A stretch of 57,367 nucleotides of DNA from Prorocentrum cordatum (taxonomy: Eukaryota), in assembly GCA_963575745.1 (NCBI GenBank), contig CAUYUJ010000034.1, forward strand, positions 62,001-119,367, written 5' to 3'. The position numbers were made by a program, and so were the translations under genes. Each line of letters opens with the position of its first letter. Position 1 is the first letter of the stretch. This document shows positions 11,194 through 23,296 of the stretch, in pieces. The notes below the pieces were generated by a model that saw nothing but the letters and a program-made list of their open reading frames with translations, was not told the origin of the DNA and searched no databases.

Positions 11194-12395
11194 CTGGGCG
11201 CCGGCGGTAAAACCGTCAACCTTTCTTACCGCCGGGGGACTCGTAGAGCTTCCTGACAATACAAAATATGGAAAAGATGCAGAGAACGAATAGTTTTTCA
11301 GCCCCGGCGATTTCAGACCTCTCGATGCAACAGCCAAACGCCCCCGATGCTTCTGGAGCGTCTTCTTTACGAGCTCTGTAGCTCTCCTACAGCCCGAGTT
11401 ACGTGCGTGAATCGACAGCACCTCTCAAGATGACTCTAATAAAACGAATAGTTTGGCAACCCAGCTCGAGTATCAAACCGAGTTCAGACCTCTGAATGCG
11501 ACAGCTGGACGCGTCTGATGTCTGCGAATCGACTCCTGTGATTACCAGCCCTGTAGCCCCCCTTACAGCCCGAGTTAAGCAGAAAACCGACAGCACCTCT
11601 CAGGATGACTCGAACAATACGAACAGTTTCGCGAACCGAGTTCGGGCAGCCCAGTTCGAGCTCTGGATTCGACAGGCGGACACGCCTGACGTCTTAAAAT
11701 CGATTCCTGTGACCATCAGAAATGTAGCCCCCCCCCCAGCTCGAGTTGAGTGCAGAAAACCGAGAGCACTTCTCAAGATGACTCGAACAATACGAATAGT
11801 TTCGCGATTCTAGATCGGGCAGCAGACCGAGTTCAGAGCTCTGGATTCAACAGACAAATGCGACTGATGATTCTGAATCGCTTTCTGTAAGCATCAGCTC
11901 TGTAGCTGTCCTATAGCTCGAGTTAAGTACAGAAAACCGAGAGTGCCTGTCAAGATGACTCGAATAATACGAATAGGTTTGCGGACCTAGCTCGGCTAGC
12001 AGACCGAGTTCAGACCTCTAGATTCAACAGGCGAACGCGCCTGATCATTCTGGATCGATTAGTTACCAGCTCTGTAGCTGTCCCAAAGCTCGAGTTATGT
12101 TCAGAAAACCGCCATCGCGTGTCAAGAGGACTTGAAACGGCCGATCCCGCCTGCCTGCTTTTTGGCAGTACAAGGTACCCGATCGAGCTGAGATCAAGAT
12201 GGCGAGCGGGAATAAGATCGAATATCATGGGAAAAAATACTAGAGCTCATTGTTGAATTTCGAGAACAAAATTTTCAACCGACCAAAAGTCAGCAAAAGG
12301 TCCGTCGAGATTTTTCTTGCCAACTAGCTCTCCAGCGCCCCGGAATTACTCCTGAGCTTCCAGCAATAACTTGCTAAGGGGAGCTCTACGAGTTA
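11194..12395 (-). mobile_element. Complete family A element (1202 bp)
   Basis: Flanks GCGGGAA | TAAGATCGAAT rejoin to the parent GCGGGAATAAGATCGAAT with no TSD; hairpin end, monomers and X cap are present. Confidence 0.85.
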
Positions 12396-14308
12396 TAAGA
12401 TCGAATATCATGGGAAAAAATACTAGAGCTCAAACGAATTGTTGAATTTCGAGAACAAAATTTTTAACCGACCAAAAGTCAGCAAAAGGTCCGTCGAGAT
12501 TTTTCTTGCCAACTAGCTCTCCAGCGCCCCGGAATTACTCTTAAGCTTCCAGCAATAACTTGCTAAGGGAAGCTCTACGAGTTACTAGCTCCGCCCCGCG
12601 CCCTCTAGCGCATCGATGCCGAAGAGCTCTACGAGGCACTGGGCGCCGGCGGTAAACCGTCAACCTTCCTTACCGCCGGGGGACTCGTAGAGCTTCCTGA
12701 CATTGTATAATGTGGAAAAAAATCAAGAGAACGAATAGTTTTTCAGCCCAAGCGATTTCATACCTCTCGATGCAACAGCCGAACGCCCCCGATGCTTCTG
12801 GATTGTCTTCTTTGCGAGCTCTGTAGCTCTCCTACAGCCCGAGTTACGTGCGTACAAAACGAATAGTTTGGCAACCCAGCTCGCGTATCAAACCGAGTTC
12901 AGACCTCTGAATGCGACAGGCGGACGCGTCTGATGTCTACGAATCGACTCCTGTCACCACCAGCACTGTAGCCCACCTATAGACCGAGTTAAGTGCAGAA
13001 AACCGACAGCACCTCTCAAGATGACTCGAACAATACGAACATTTTCGCGATTCTCGATCAGGCAGCAGACCCAGTTCAGAGCTCTGGATTCAACAGACAA
13101 ACGCGACTGATGATTCTGAATCGATTTCTGTAAGTATCAGCTCTGTAGCTGTCCTATAGCTCGAGTTCAGTACAGAAAACCGAGAGCGCCCTGTCAAGAT
13201 GACATAATACGAATAGGTCTGCGGAGCTAGCTCGGCAAGCAGACCGAGTTCAGACCTCTGGATGCAACAGACGAACCGCGTCTGATCATTCTGAATCGAT
13301 GAGGTGTGCTGACCAGCTGTCCTATATCTCGAGTTCAGTCCAATATACCGACAGCCCATATCAAGATGACTCGAAACGGCCGATCCCGCCGGGACACTTT
13401 TTGAATAAAAAGGACCCGATCGAGCTGAGATCAAGATGGCGAGGGGAAATAACATCGAATGTCACGAGAAAAAATACTAGAGCTCTAACGAATGTTCAAT
13501 TTTTGTTGAGAACAAAATTTTGAACCGACCAAAAGTCACCTATAGGTCAGGCGAGATTTTTCTTGCCAACTAGCTCTCTAGCGCCCCGGAATTACTCTTA
13601 AGCTTCCAGCCATAACTTGCTAAGGGAAGCTCTACGAGTTACTAGCTCTCCAGCGCCCCGGAATTACTCTTAAGCTTCCAGCAATAACTTGCTAAGGCAA
13701 GCTCTACAAGTTACTGGGCGCCGGCGGTAAACCGTCAACCTTGGTTACCGCCGGAGGAGCTGCCTCACAATAACAATGTGAAAAGAAGATTGATGAGAGC
13801 GAATAATTTTTCAGCCCAAGCGATTTCAGACCTCTCGATGCAACAGCCGAACGCCCCCGACGCTTCTGCATTATCTTCTCTACGGGCTCTGAAGCTCTCC
13901 TACCGCCGGAGTAAGGTGCGTAAATCGACAGCACCTCTCAAGATGAATCGACACAATACGAATAGTTTGGCAAACCTAGCTCGAGTATCGGACCGATTCC
14001 AGACCTCTCAATGCGACAGAAGGACGCGTCTGATGTCTCTGAATCGATTTCTGTGATTACCAGCCCTGCAGCCCCTCTAGAGCCCGAGTTTAGTGCAGAA
14101 AACGGACAGCACCTCTCAGGGTGACTCGAACAATAGGAATAGTTTTGCGGAGCTAATTCGAGCAGCAGACAGTTCCGAGCTCTGAATTCGACAGGCGGAC
14201 GCACCTGATGTCTCCAGATCGATTCCCGTGACTGCAAGTACTGTAGCTCCCCTACAGCGCGAGCTGAATGAAGACCCAACAGCACCTCGCAAGCTGACTC
14301 GTATAATG

Positions 14309-16208
14309 CTTGGTAGCGTCCAAAACCCGGAGAGCGACTGGCGCCGGCGGTGAACCGTCGGCGGTCACCGCCGGGAGCCTCGTAGAGCTCCTAGCACGCG
14401 TAAGAGTGCTAAGGATCAAACGAGAGGGCTTCTGGAAGCATTTCTCGAAAAAAGAGCAAACATCATTTTTGTCATGTCGACATAAAGTTGGTTGCGCCAA
14501 GTGTTTTGACAGTAAAATTGCATCTAGAGAGCTCATATTCAGACGCTCAGGCCCTCATAGTCATCTACAGGTGCGAAAAATCTGCTTTCTCAAAATAAGG
14601 GTCAAAGATCTTTAAAATATTTGCAAAACTACCCAAAAGTTGTCACTTTGTCCTTTCTGGCCGGGTCGGCCAACTGGGCGCCGGCGGTAAACCGTCAACC
14701 TTTGTTACCGCCGGGGGACTCGTAGAGCTTCCTGAGAACATATAATGTCGAAAAAATTACACTGAAAAAATAGTTTCTTAGCCCAAGCAATTTCAGAACT
14801 CTCGGATGGAACAGCCGAACGCCCCCGATGCTTCTGGATTGTCTTCTGTACGATCTCTCTAGGTCCTACAGCCTGAGTTACGTGCGTAAATCGACAGCAC
14901 CTCTCAATATGATTCGAACAATTCGAATAGTTTGGCAAACCTAGCTCGAGTATCAGACCGAGTTCAGACCTCTGCATGCGACAGGCACACGCGTCTGATG
15001 TCTCTGAATCGATTCCTGTGATTACCAGCTCTGCAGCCCCCCTACAGCCCGAGTCAAGTGCAGGAAACCGACAGCACCTCTCAGGATGACTCGAACAATA
15101 CGAATAGTTTGGCAGACCTAGTTCGGGCAGCAGACAGAGTTCGGAGCTCTCGATCCAAAATGCACACGCGCCTGATGTCTCTGAATCGATTCCACTCATT
15201 ACCAGCCATGCAGCCCCCCGACACCCCGAGTTAAGTGCAGAGAACGGACAGCATCTCTCAAGATGACTCGAACAATACGAATAGTTTTGCAATTCTAGAT
15301 CCGGCAGCAGACCGAGTTCAGAGCTCTGGATCCAACAGACAACGGCCACTGATGATTCTGAATCAGATTCTGTACGCATCAGCTCTGTAGCTGTCCTGTA
15401 GCTCGAGTTAAGTTCAGAAAACCGAGAGCGTCTGTCAAGATGACTCGAATAATACAAATAGGTTTGCGGACCTAGCTCGGCTAGCAGACCGAGTTCAGAC
15501 CTCTGGGTTCAACAGGCGAACGCGCCTGATCATTCTGAATCGATTAGTTGTGCTTACCCGCTCTGTAGCTGCCCTGAAGCTCGAATTATCTCGAGAAAAC
15601 CGTCACCGCGTGACAGGATGACCCAAAACGGGCGATCCCGCCGCAGTGCTTTTTGGCAGTAAAAGGTACCCGATCGAGCTGAGATCAAGACGGCGAGCGG
15701 GAATAAGATCGAATATCACGGGAAAAAATACTAGAGCTCTAACGAATGGTTGAATTCCGAGAACGAAATTTTCAACCGACCAAAAGTCATCAAAATGACC
15801 GTCGAGATTCTTCTTGCCAACTAGCTCTCCAGCGCCCCGGAATTACTTAAGCTTCCAGCAAAAACATGCTAAGGGAAGCTCTACGAGTTACTGCTCCACC
15901 CCGCGCCGGAATTCCTCTAGCTCATCGTCGATGTCAAAGAGCTCTACGAGGTAACGGAGAGCGAAGAAACCCTTTGGAGACGGAAAATGTTTCCTGGAGA
16001 GCTCTGGGAAGCTTCCGGAACGCTTTCACGCGTGCCTGCATGCGTGCAGGCACGCGTGGAAGCTTGCCGGAAGCTCTCCCGGACCCGTTGCCGGGCCAGG
16101 CGAGTCTCTGCGAGGACTGTGGACCGCCGTGGAGGAGCTCCTGGCGGGCACCACCACCGTCGGGCTTCTAATCTTGAACCCTTTAGCTCTCGGCGGGCTC
16201 TCCGGGAA
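14309..16208. mobile_element. Family E GC-rich palindromic element, split by nested B (14338-15953) and A (14674-15890) elements
   Basis: Left end CTTGGTAGCGTCCAAAACCC, right end CTCTCCGGGAA. The outer flanks rejoin a 177-bp monomer (GACTCGTATAATG | CAAATAATTTCG). Confidence 0.65.
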
Positions 16209-16522
16209 CAAATAATTTCGTGATTCTAGATCGGGCAGCAAACCGAGTTGAGAGCTCTGCATTCAACGAACGAACGCGACTGATGATTCTGAATCGATTT
16301 CTGTAAGCATCAGCTCTGTAGCTGTCCTATAGCTCGAGTTCACTACAGAAAACCGAGAGCCTGTTAAGATGACTCGAATAATACGAATAGGTTTGCGGGC
16401 CTAGCTCGGCTAGCAGACCAAGTTCACACCTCTGGATCCAACAGACGAACGCGTCTGATCGTTCTGTTTGGAATAGGTGTGCTTACCAGCTCTGTAGCTG
16501 CCCTAGAGCTCGAGTTAGGTAC

Positions 16523-17410
16523 TGGGTTGGGTGTTGGGGTCGGCTACACAGGGCGCGTGCGCCCTAGCCGTGCAGAGTCCCTAGGGTCCCTCACGCCCTC
16601 TCAACCTCTTCGGGGTTGGAGGCACGAGGATCTCAGAGATAATCTGCCGAACACCTTGGAGCAGGCGTTCACAAGCTGTGAGCTCGCTATCTAGAACAGT
16701 GGCCCCCAGAGGGAGTAAAGAAGCCCCCTGGAAAACTCGTCGCCAGTGGTTGTCCCCAAATGAGACCTCCACATAGCAACCTAGAGCAGAGCCTTCAACA
16801 CTCACGCCACCGTCCCATCCTCCACGGATACGTTTGATACAATGTCTCTGTTGTCGCAAATATCTGAAGTCAATCCATCTTCCCGTCCGTCCCCTCCTCG
16901 CCTCCTAGGTCAACTCATCCGCAACACAATTGAACTCTCTGTAGATATGCTTCCACGGATCCGTCCCTACAGTGGCAACCTGATGTCGTAATCCTCAGCA
17001 AGTTGATTCATATCGTTTTGTAGACCATGCACTCTCCTGCGGTACGAACGATCACGGCATTCCCAGATCCCTCGGGCCCAGTTCACCACACACATACTAT
17101 CACCTGTCATTTCAACCAATAATGAGCCCTCCGGGCCTTCCTGCCAGACAGCTTCGTTGTTATATCCGTGGGCAATCCTACGAGCGAGCCTGTCGGAGTC
17201 CTCAGGGGAGTCCCACGTATCCACAGGACAAGGAGCACAGGGCGGTTTCCTGAAGATGGGTTCCCATCGAGGCTGTATTTCGTCATGCACGCAACTACAT
17301 TCCACCAGTCCGTCGCATTCCACTTGATGCTGAACCAGCGTAAATTACCACTCGCCGCCAGCATAAGACAATGCCAGCTGTCAGTGCTTGCATGCGCTCT
17401 CCCTCCCACC
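16523..17410 (-). pseudogene. Degraded retroelement 3' fragment with RNase H-like motifs
   Basis: Minus-strand translation gives VEMTGDSMCVVNW...[frameshift ~16968]...WKHIYREFNCVADEL*[16905-16907]...IRGGWDGG...ATVLDSELTACERL. It ends in a CCAACACCCAACCC tail within a monomer. Confidence 0.75.
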
Positions 17411-18014
17411 TCCAAAACCCGGAGAGCAAAGAGAACAAACACACACCGGAAAATCTTCCTGGCAAGCCCACGGAAGCTCGCGTGAAGCTCTTCTGGGGCT
17501 CTGGGGGGCTCCCCGGCAGCGCTTCCGAAGCGCTGCCAGAAACGCTTCCACGCGCGCCTGCACGCGAGCGGGCACGCGTGGAAGCTTGCCGGAAGCTCTC
17601 CCGGACACGTTGCCGGCTCAAACGAGCCGCTGCTGGGATTCTGGAGCGGCGGAGATGCGCTGCTGGCGGGCACCACCACCGTCCGGCTTCTAATCTCAAA
17701 CCCTTTAGCTCTCAGCGAGCTCTCCGGGAATAAAATACCGACAGCGCGCATGAAGATGACACGAGAAATATTCCCTGGAGAGAGCTGGGGGGCCTCCCCG
17801 AAGCGCTTCGGAAGCGCTGCCAGGAACGCTTCCACGCGTGCCTGCACGAGTGCAGGCACGCGTGGACGCATGCCGGAAGCGCTCCCGGACCCGCTGCGAC
17901 CCCACACGAACTGCTGCGAGGATTCCGGAGCGGCGGAGATGCGCTGCTGGCGGGCACCACCACCGTCCAGCTTCTAATCGAAAACCCTCTAGCTCTCAGA
18001 GAGCCCTCCGGGAA
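17411..18014. repeat. Two tandem ~300-bp family E units
   Basis: Each runs from TTCCTGG to CTCCGGGAA around a CCACGCG(C/T)GCCTGCACG..GGCACGCGTGGA quasi-palindrome. Confidence 0.75.
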
Positions 18015-18040
18015 AAAGGCCGTCGAGATTTTTTTGCCAA

Positions 18041-19258
18041 CTGGGCGCCGGCGGTAAACCGTCAACCTGTCTTACCGCCGGGGGACTCGTAGAGCTTCCT
18101 GACAATATATAATGTCGAAAAAAATTGCAGAGAACGAATTGTTTTTCAGCCCAAGCGATTTCAGACCTCCCGATGCAACAGCCAAACGCCCCCCGATGCT
18201 TCTGGATTGTCTTCTGCACGAGCTCTGTAGCTCTCCTACAGCCCGAGTTACGTGAGTCAATCGACAGCACCTCTGAAGATGACTCGAAGAAAACGAATAG
18301 TTTGGCAAACCCAGCCCGAGTATCAGACCGAGTTCAGACCTCTCAATGCGACAGGCGGACGCGTCTGATGTCTCCGAATCGATTCCTGTGATTACCCGCC
18401 CTGCAGCCCCCCTACAGTCCGAGTTAAGTGCAGGAAACCGACAGCATCTTTCAGGATGACTCGAACAATACGAACAGTTTCGCGAACCGAGTTCGGGCAC
18501 AGAACCGAGTTCCGAGCTCTAGATTCCACAGGCGGACGCGCCTGATGTCTGCAAATCGATTGCTGTCACCACCACTACTGTAGCCCCCCAACAGCCCGAG
18601 TTAAGTGCAGAAAACGCACAGCACCTCTCAAGATGACTCGAACAATACGAACAGTTTCGCGATTCTCGGGCAGCAGACCGAGTTCAGAGCTCTGCGTTCA
18701 ACAGACAAGCGCGACTGATGATTCTCAATCGGTTTCTGTAAGTATCAGCACTGTAGCTGTCATATAGCTCGAGATACGTACAGAAAACAGAGAGCGCCTG
18801 TCAAGATGACTCGAATAATACGAATAGGTTTGCGGACCTAGCTCGGGTAGCAGACCGAGTTCAGACCTCTGTTCGGAACAGCCGAACGCGCCTGATCATT
18901 CTGAATCGATGAGGTGTGCTGACCAGCTATGTAGCAATCCTATATGTCGAGTTAGGTTCAGTTTTCCGACAGCGCGAATCAAGATGACTCGAAACGGCCG
19001 ATCCCGCCGCAGTGCTTTTTGGCAGTAAAAGGTGCCCGATCGAGCTGAGATCAAGATGGCGAGCGGGAATAAGATCGAATATCACGGGACAAAATATTAG
19101 AGCTCTAACGAATGGTTGAATTTCGAGAAGAAATTTTTTAACCGACCAAAATCCCTCCAAATGTCCGTCGAGATTTTTCTTGCCAACTAGCTCTCCAGCG
19201 CCCCGGGATTACTCTTAAGCTCCCAGCAATAACTTGCTAAGGGAAGCTCTACGAGTTA
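18041..19258 (-). mobile_element. Complete family A element (1218 bp)
   Basis: Flanks TTGCCAA | CTAGCTCTCC rejoin the parent; both termini are intact. Confidence 0.85.
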
Positions 19259-20572
19259 CTAGCTCTCCAGCGCCCCGGAATCCTTTTCAGCTTCCAGCAA
19301 TGACATGCTCAGGGAAGCTCTACGAGTTACTGGAAACCGGCGGTAAACCGTCAACCAGGTTACCGCCGGGCACCTCGTAGAGCTCTTCTCTTGCGCAGCG
19401 CTTCTCGGAGCACATGAAGGAAGCTTCGAGCAGAAAAATTCGGAAAAACACTATTTGTTGGTTTTGATCCAAAGTCGGTTCCCTCAAGTCTTTTGATAGT
19501 AATACTCTAGCTACAGACTGAGAATTTTACTGGCAGACGCGGCGCAACCCACTGCACGTGAGAAAAATGTTGGTTCTCAAAACGAATTTCAAAATCTTGT
19601 ATAAAGTGAAAAAAAACGACCCCAGGTTACCACATTGTCTCTTTTGTTCGGGCCCGCCAACTGGGCGCCGGCGGTAAACCGTCAACCTTTGTTACCGCCG
19701 GGGGACTCGTAGAGCTTCCTGATAATATTTAATGTTTAAAAAAATGCAGAGAACGAGTAGTTTTTCAGCCCAAGCGATTTCAGACTTCTCGATGCGACAG
19801 CCGAACGCCCCCGATGCTTCTAGATTATATCCTGTACGGGCTCTGTAGCTCTCCTACAGCCGGAGTTACAAAATCGACAGCATCTCTCAAGATGACTCGA
19901 ACAATACGAATAGTTTGGCAAACCTAGCTCGAGTATCAAACCGAGTTCAGACCTCTGAATGCGAGAAGCGGACGCATCTGATGTCTCCGAATCGATGCCT
20001 GTGATTACCCGCCCTGCAGCCTCCCTACAGCCCGAGTTAAGTGCAGAAAACCGGCAACACCTCTCAGGATGACTCGAACAATACGAATAGTTTGGCGGAA
20101 CTAGTTCGGGCAGCAGACCGAGTTCAGAGCTCTGGATTCGACAGACGAACGCGACTGATGATTCTGAATCAGTTCATGTTAGTATCAACTCTGTAGCTGT
20201 CATATAGCTCGAGTTTAGTACAGAAAACCGAGAGCGTCTGTCAAGATGACTCAAATAATACGAATAGGTTTGCGGACCTAGCTCGGCTAGCAGACCGAGT
20301 TCAGACCTATGGATTCAACAGACAAACGCGCCTGATGATTCTGGATGCGATAGCTGTGCCCACCAGCTCTGTAGCTGCCCTACAGCTCGAGTTAAGTACA
20401 AAATACCGACAACGTATGAAGATGACTCGAAACGGCCGATCCCGCCGGGACGCTTTTTGGCATTGAAAGCTACCCGATCGAGCTGAGATCAAGATGGCGA
20501 GCGGGAATAAGATCGAATATCATGGGAAAAAATACTAGAGCTCGAACGATTTGTTGAATTTCGAGAACAAAA

Positions 20573-21364
20573 CTGGAACCGGCGGTAAACCGTCAACCAA
20601 GTTACCGCCGGGGCTCTCGTAGAGCTCTTTCTCGCACGGCGCTGCTCGATACACATGCAGATAGAGTCTGAAAGAAGACTCCCTAAAACTCGAAAAATCA
20701 CGTTTATTTTTAATCCAAAGACGGTTCCGCCAAGTGTTTTGATAGCAATACTGCACCTACATACCTGAGAATCCACTTACGAACGCACAATAACCCACTA
20801 CAGGTGCGAAAAAAACCGGATCTCAAAACGAATGTTCAAATCTCTCACGAAGTTCGTCCAACCGACCCAAAGTTCGCACATTGTCCGTCGGGGCCGGGTC
20901 GGCCTACTAGCTGCACCCCGCGCCCGAATTCCTGTAGCTCATCGATGCCGAAGAGCTCTACGAGGTACTGGGAACCGGCGGTAAACCGTCAACCAAGTTA
21001 CCGCCGGGCACCTCGTAGAGCTCTCTTCTTACACAGCGCTCCTCCGAACACGTGAAGGAAGCTTCTGAAGCGAGAGCCGAAAAATTCGAAACATGACGAT
21101 TTTTCGGTTTTCATGCAGTGGGTTCCTCCAAGTCTTTTGATAGTAATACTGGACCTAGAGCCATACAAAAATTTACCAGCAGGTGCGCCATAGCTTACTA
21201 CAGAGAATAAAAATCTCACTTCTAAAAACGAACTTCAAAATTTTGCATAAAGTGAAAAACACCGACCCCAGGTTACCACATTCTCTCTTTTCGTCGGGCA
21301 AGCCGACTAGCTCACCCTGCGCCCGAATTCCTCTTAGCTCTTTGCCGAAGAGCTCTACGAGGTA
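20573..21364 (-). mobile_element. Head-to-tail pair of family C elements (20573-20967, 20968-21364)
   Basis: Outer flanks GAGAACAAAA | TTTTCAACCGA rejoin exactly; internal junction is GAGGTA|CTGGGAACC. Confidence 0.85.
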
Positions 21365-21436
21365 TTTTCAACCGAACAAGTCACCAAAAGGTCCGCCGAG
21401 ATTTTTCTTGCCAGCTAGCTCTCCAGCGCCCCGGAA

Positions 21437-21833
21437 CTGGGAACCGGCGGTAAACCGTCAACCAAGTTACCGCCGGGCACCTCGTAGAGCTCTCTTCTTA
21501 CACAGCGCCCCTCCGAACACGTGAAGGAACCTTCTGAAGCGAGAGCCGAAAAAATCGAAAAATGACGATTTTTCGGTTTTCATACAATGGGTTCCTCCAA
21601 GTGTTTTGATAGTAATACTGGACCTAGAGCTATAGAAAGTTTACCAGCAGGTGCACCATAGCTTACTGCAGGGAATAAAAATCTCACTTCTAAAAACGAA
21701 CTTCAAAATTTTGCATAAAGTGAAAAACACCGACCCCAGTTTACCACATTCTCTCTTTTTGTCGGGCCGGCCAACTAGCTTCACCCTGCGCCCGAATTCC
21801 TCTTAGCTCTTCGCCAAAGAGCTCCACGAAGTA
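21437..21833 (-). mobile_element. Complete family C element (397 bp), close copy of 20968-21364
   Basis: Flanks CCCCGGAA | TTACTCTTAAG rejoin exactly. Confidence 0.85.
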
Positions 21834-22815
21834 TTACTCTTAAGCTTCCAGCAATAACTTGCTAAGGGAAGCTCTACGAGTTACTAGGAATTCCTCTTGG
21901 CTCTTTGGTGAAGAGCTCTACGAGGTACTAGCTCTACCCCGCGCCGGAAATCCTCTAGCTCATCGATGCCGAGCAGCTTTACAAGGTACTCTGCCAGCAA
22001 TAACTTGCTAAGGGAAGCTCTACGAGTTACAAAAAGCTCTACGAGGTACTATCTCTCCAGCGCCCCGGAATTACTCTAAAGCTTCCAGCAACTGGCTCAG
22101 GGAAGCCCTGCGAGTTTCTAGCTCCACCTCGCGCTGGAATTCCTCTGGCTCATCGATAACGAAGAGCTCTACGAGGTACTAGCTCAGGGGAAGCTCCACA
22201 AGTTATTGTTGACCGACCAAAAGGCACCAACGGGTCCGTTGCGACTGGGCGCCGGCGGTAAACCGTTAACCTTTCTAAGCGCCGGGAGACTCGTAGAGCT
22301 TCCTGACCATATATAATGTCCAAACAAATGAGAGAACGAATAGTTGTTCAGCCCGAGCGATTCCAGACCTCTCGATGCAACAGCCGAACGTCCCTGATGC
22401 TTCGTGATCGTTTTCTGTGCGTACTAGCTCGTAGCTATCCAGCCCGAGCTCAATACAGAAAAGGGACAAAATCTGCGAACGTGACTTGAAGAATACGAAT
22501 ACTTTTGCGGACCTAGCCTGAGTTGCAAACCAAGTTCAGACCTTTGGATGCAACAGACGAACGCGCAGGATGATATCGAGTCAGTTTCTGTGCGTATCAG
22601 GCTCTGTCGCTATCCTACAGCCCGAATTACGTGCTAAAATCGGCAGCACCTCGCAAGACAACTCGATCAATACGAATAGGTTCGCGAGCCTAGCTCGAGT
22701 ACCAGACCGAGTTCAGACCTTTAAATGCGACAGGCGGACGCGCCTGATGTCTCCAAATCACTGGATGCAAGAGACAAGCGCGCCCCATCGTTTTGAATCG
22801 GTTTCTGAAAGTATC

Positions 22816-23296
22816 GCCTGTCGAATCCAGAGCTCGGAACTCGGTCTGATGAACTAGTCCGCGAAACCATTGTATTGTTCGAGTCATCATGAGAGGTGCT
22901 GTCGATTTGCGCACGTAGCTCGGGCTCTAGGGGGGCTGCAGGGCTGGTAATCACAGCAGTTGATTCGCAGACATCAGACGCGTCTGCCTGTCGCATTCAG
23001 AAGTCTGAACTCGGTTTGATACTCGAGCTGGGTTGCCAAACTATTCGTTTTGTTAGAGTCATCTTGAGAGGTGCTGTCGATCTACGCGTGTAACTCGGGC
23101 TAAGGGAGAGCTACAGAGCTCGCGAAGAAGACAATCCAGAAGCATCGGGGACGTTCGGCTGTTGCATCGAGAGGTCTGAAATCGCTTGGGCTGAAAACTA
23201 TTCGTTCCCTGCATTTTTTCCACATTATATATTGTCAGGAAGCTCTACGAGTCCCCCGGCGGTAAGAAAGGTTGACGGTTTGATGCCGGCGCCCAG
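22816..23296 (+). mobile_element. Truncated family A element in the opposite orientation
   Basis: Reverse complement of monomers and head, ending AGCTCTACGAG..hairpin..GCCCAG|TT. Confidence 0.8.

Noticed and set aside
12621..12700. Integron attC-like or terminator-like nested hairpin
   Set aside because: No integrase or cassette ORFs, no RYYYAAC/GTTRRRY core and no U-tract. Better explained as a junction of two element termini.
14705..15457. 250-aa ORF with a 59-aa Cys-rich repeat, and many similar ORFs
   Set aside because: The period simply reflects the 177-bp monomer. Sister copies have stops, indels and 178-bp units that break the frame.
17107..17907. 266-aa ORF and overlapping ORFs in family E
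   Set aside because: GC-rich palindromic repeat open in several frames, crossing an element boundary, with no recognisable motif.
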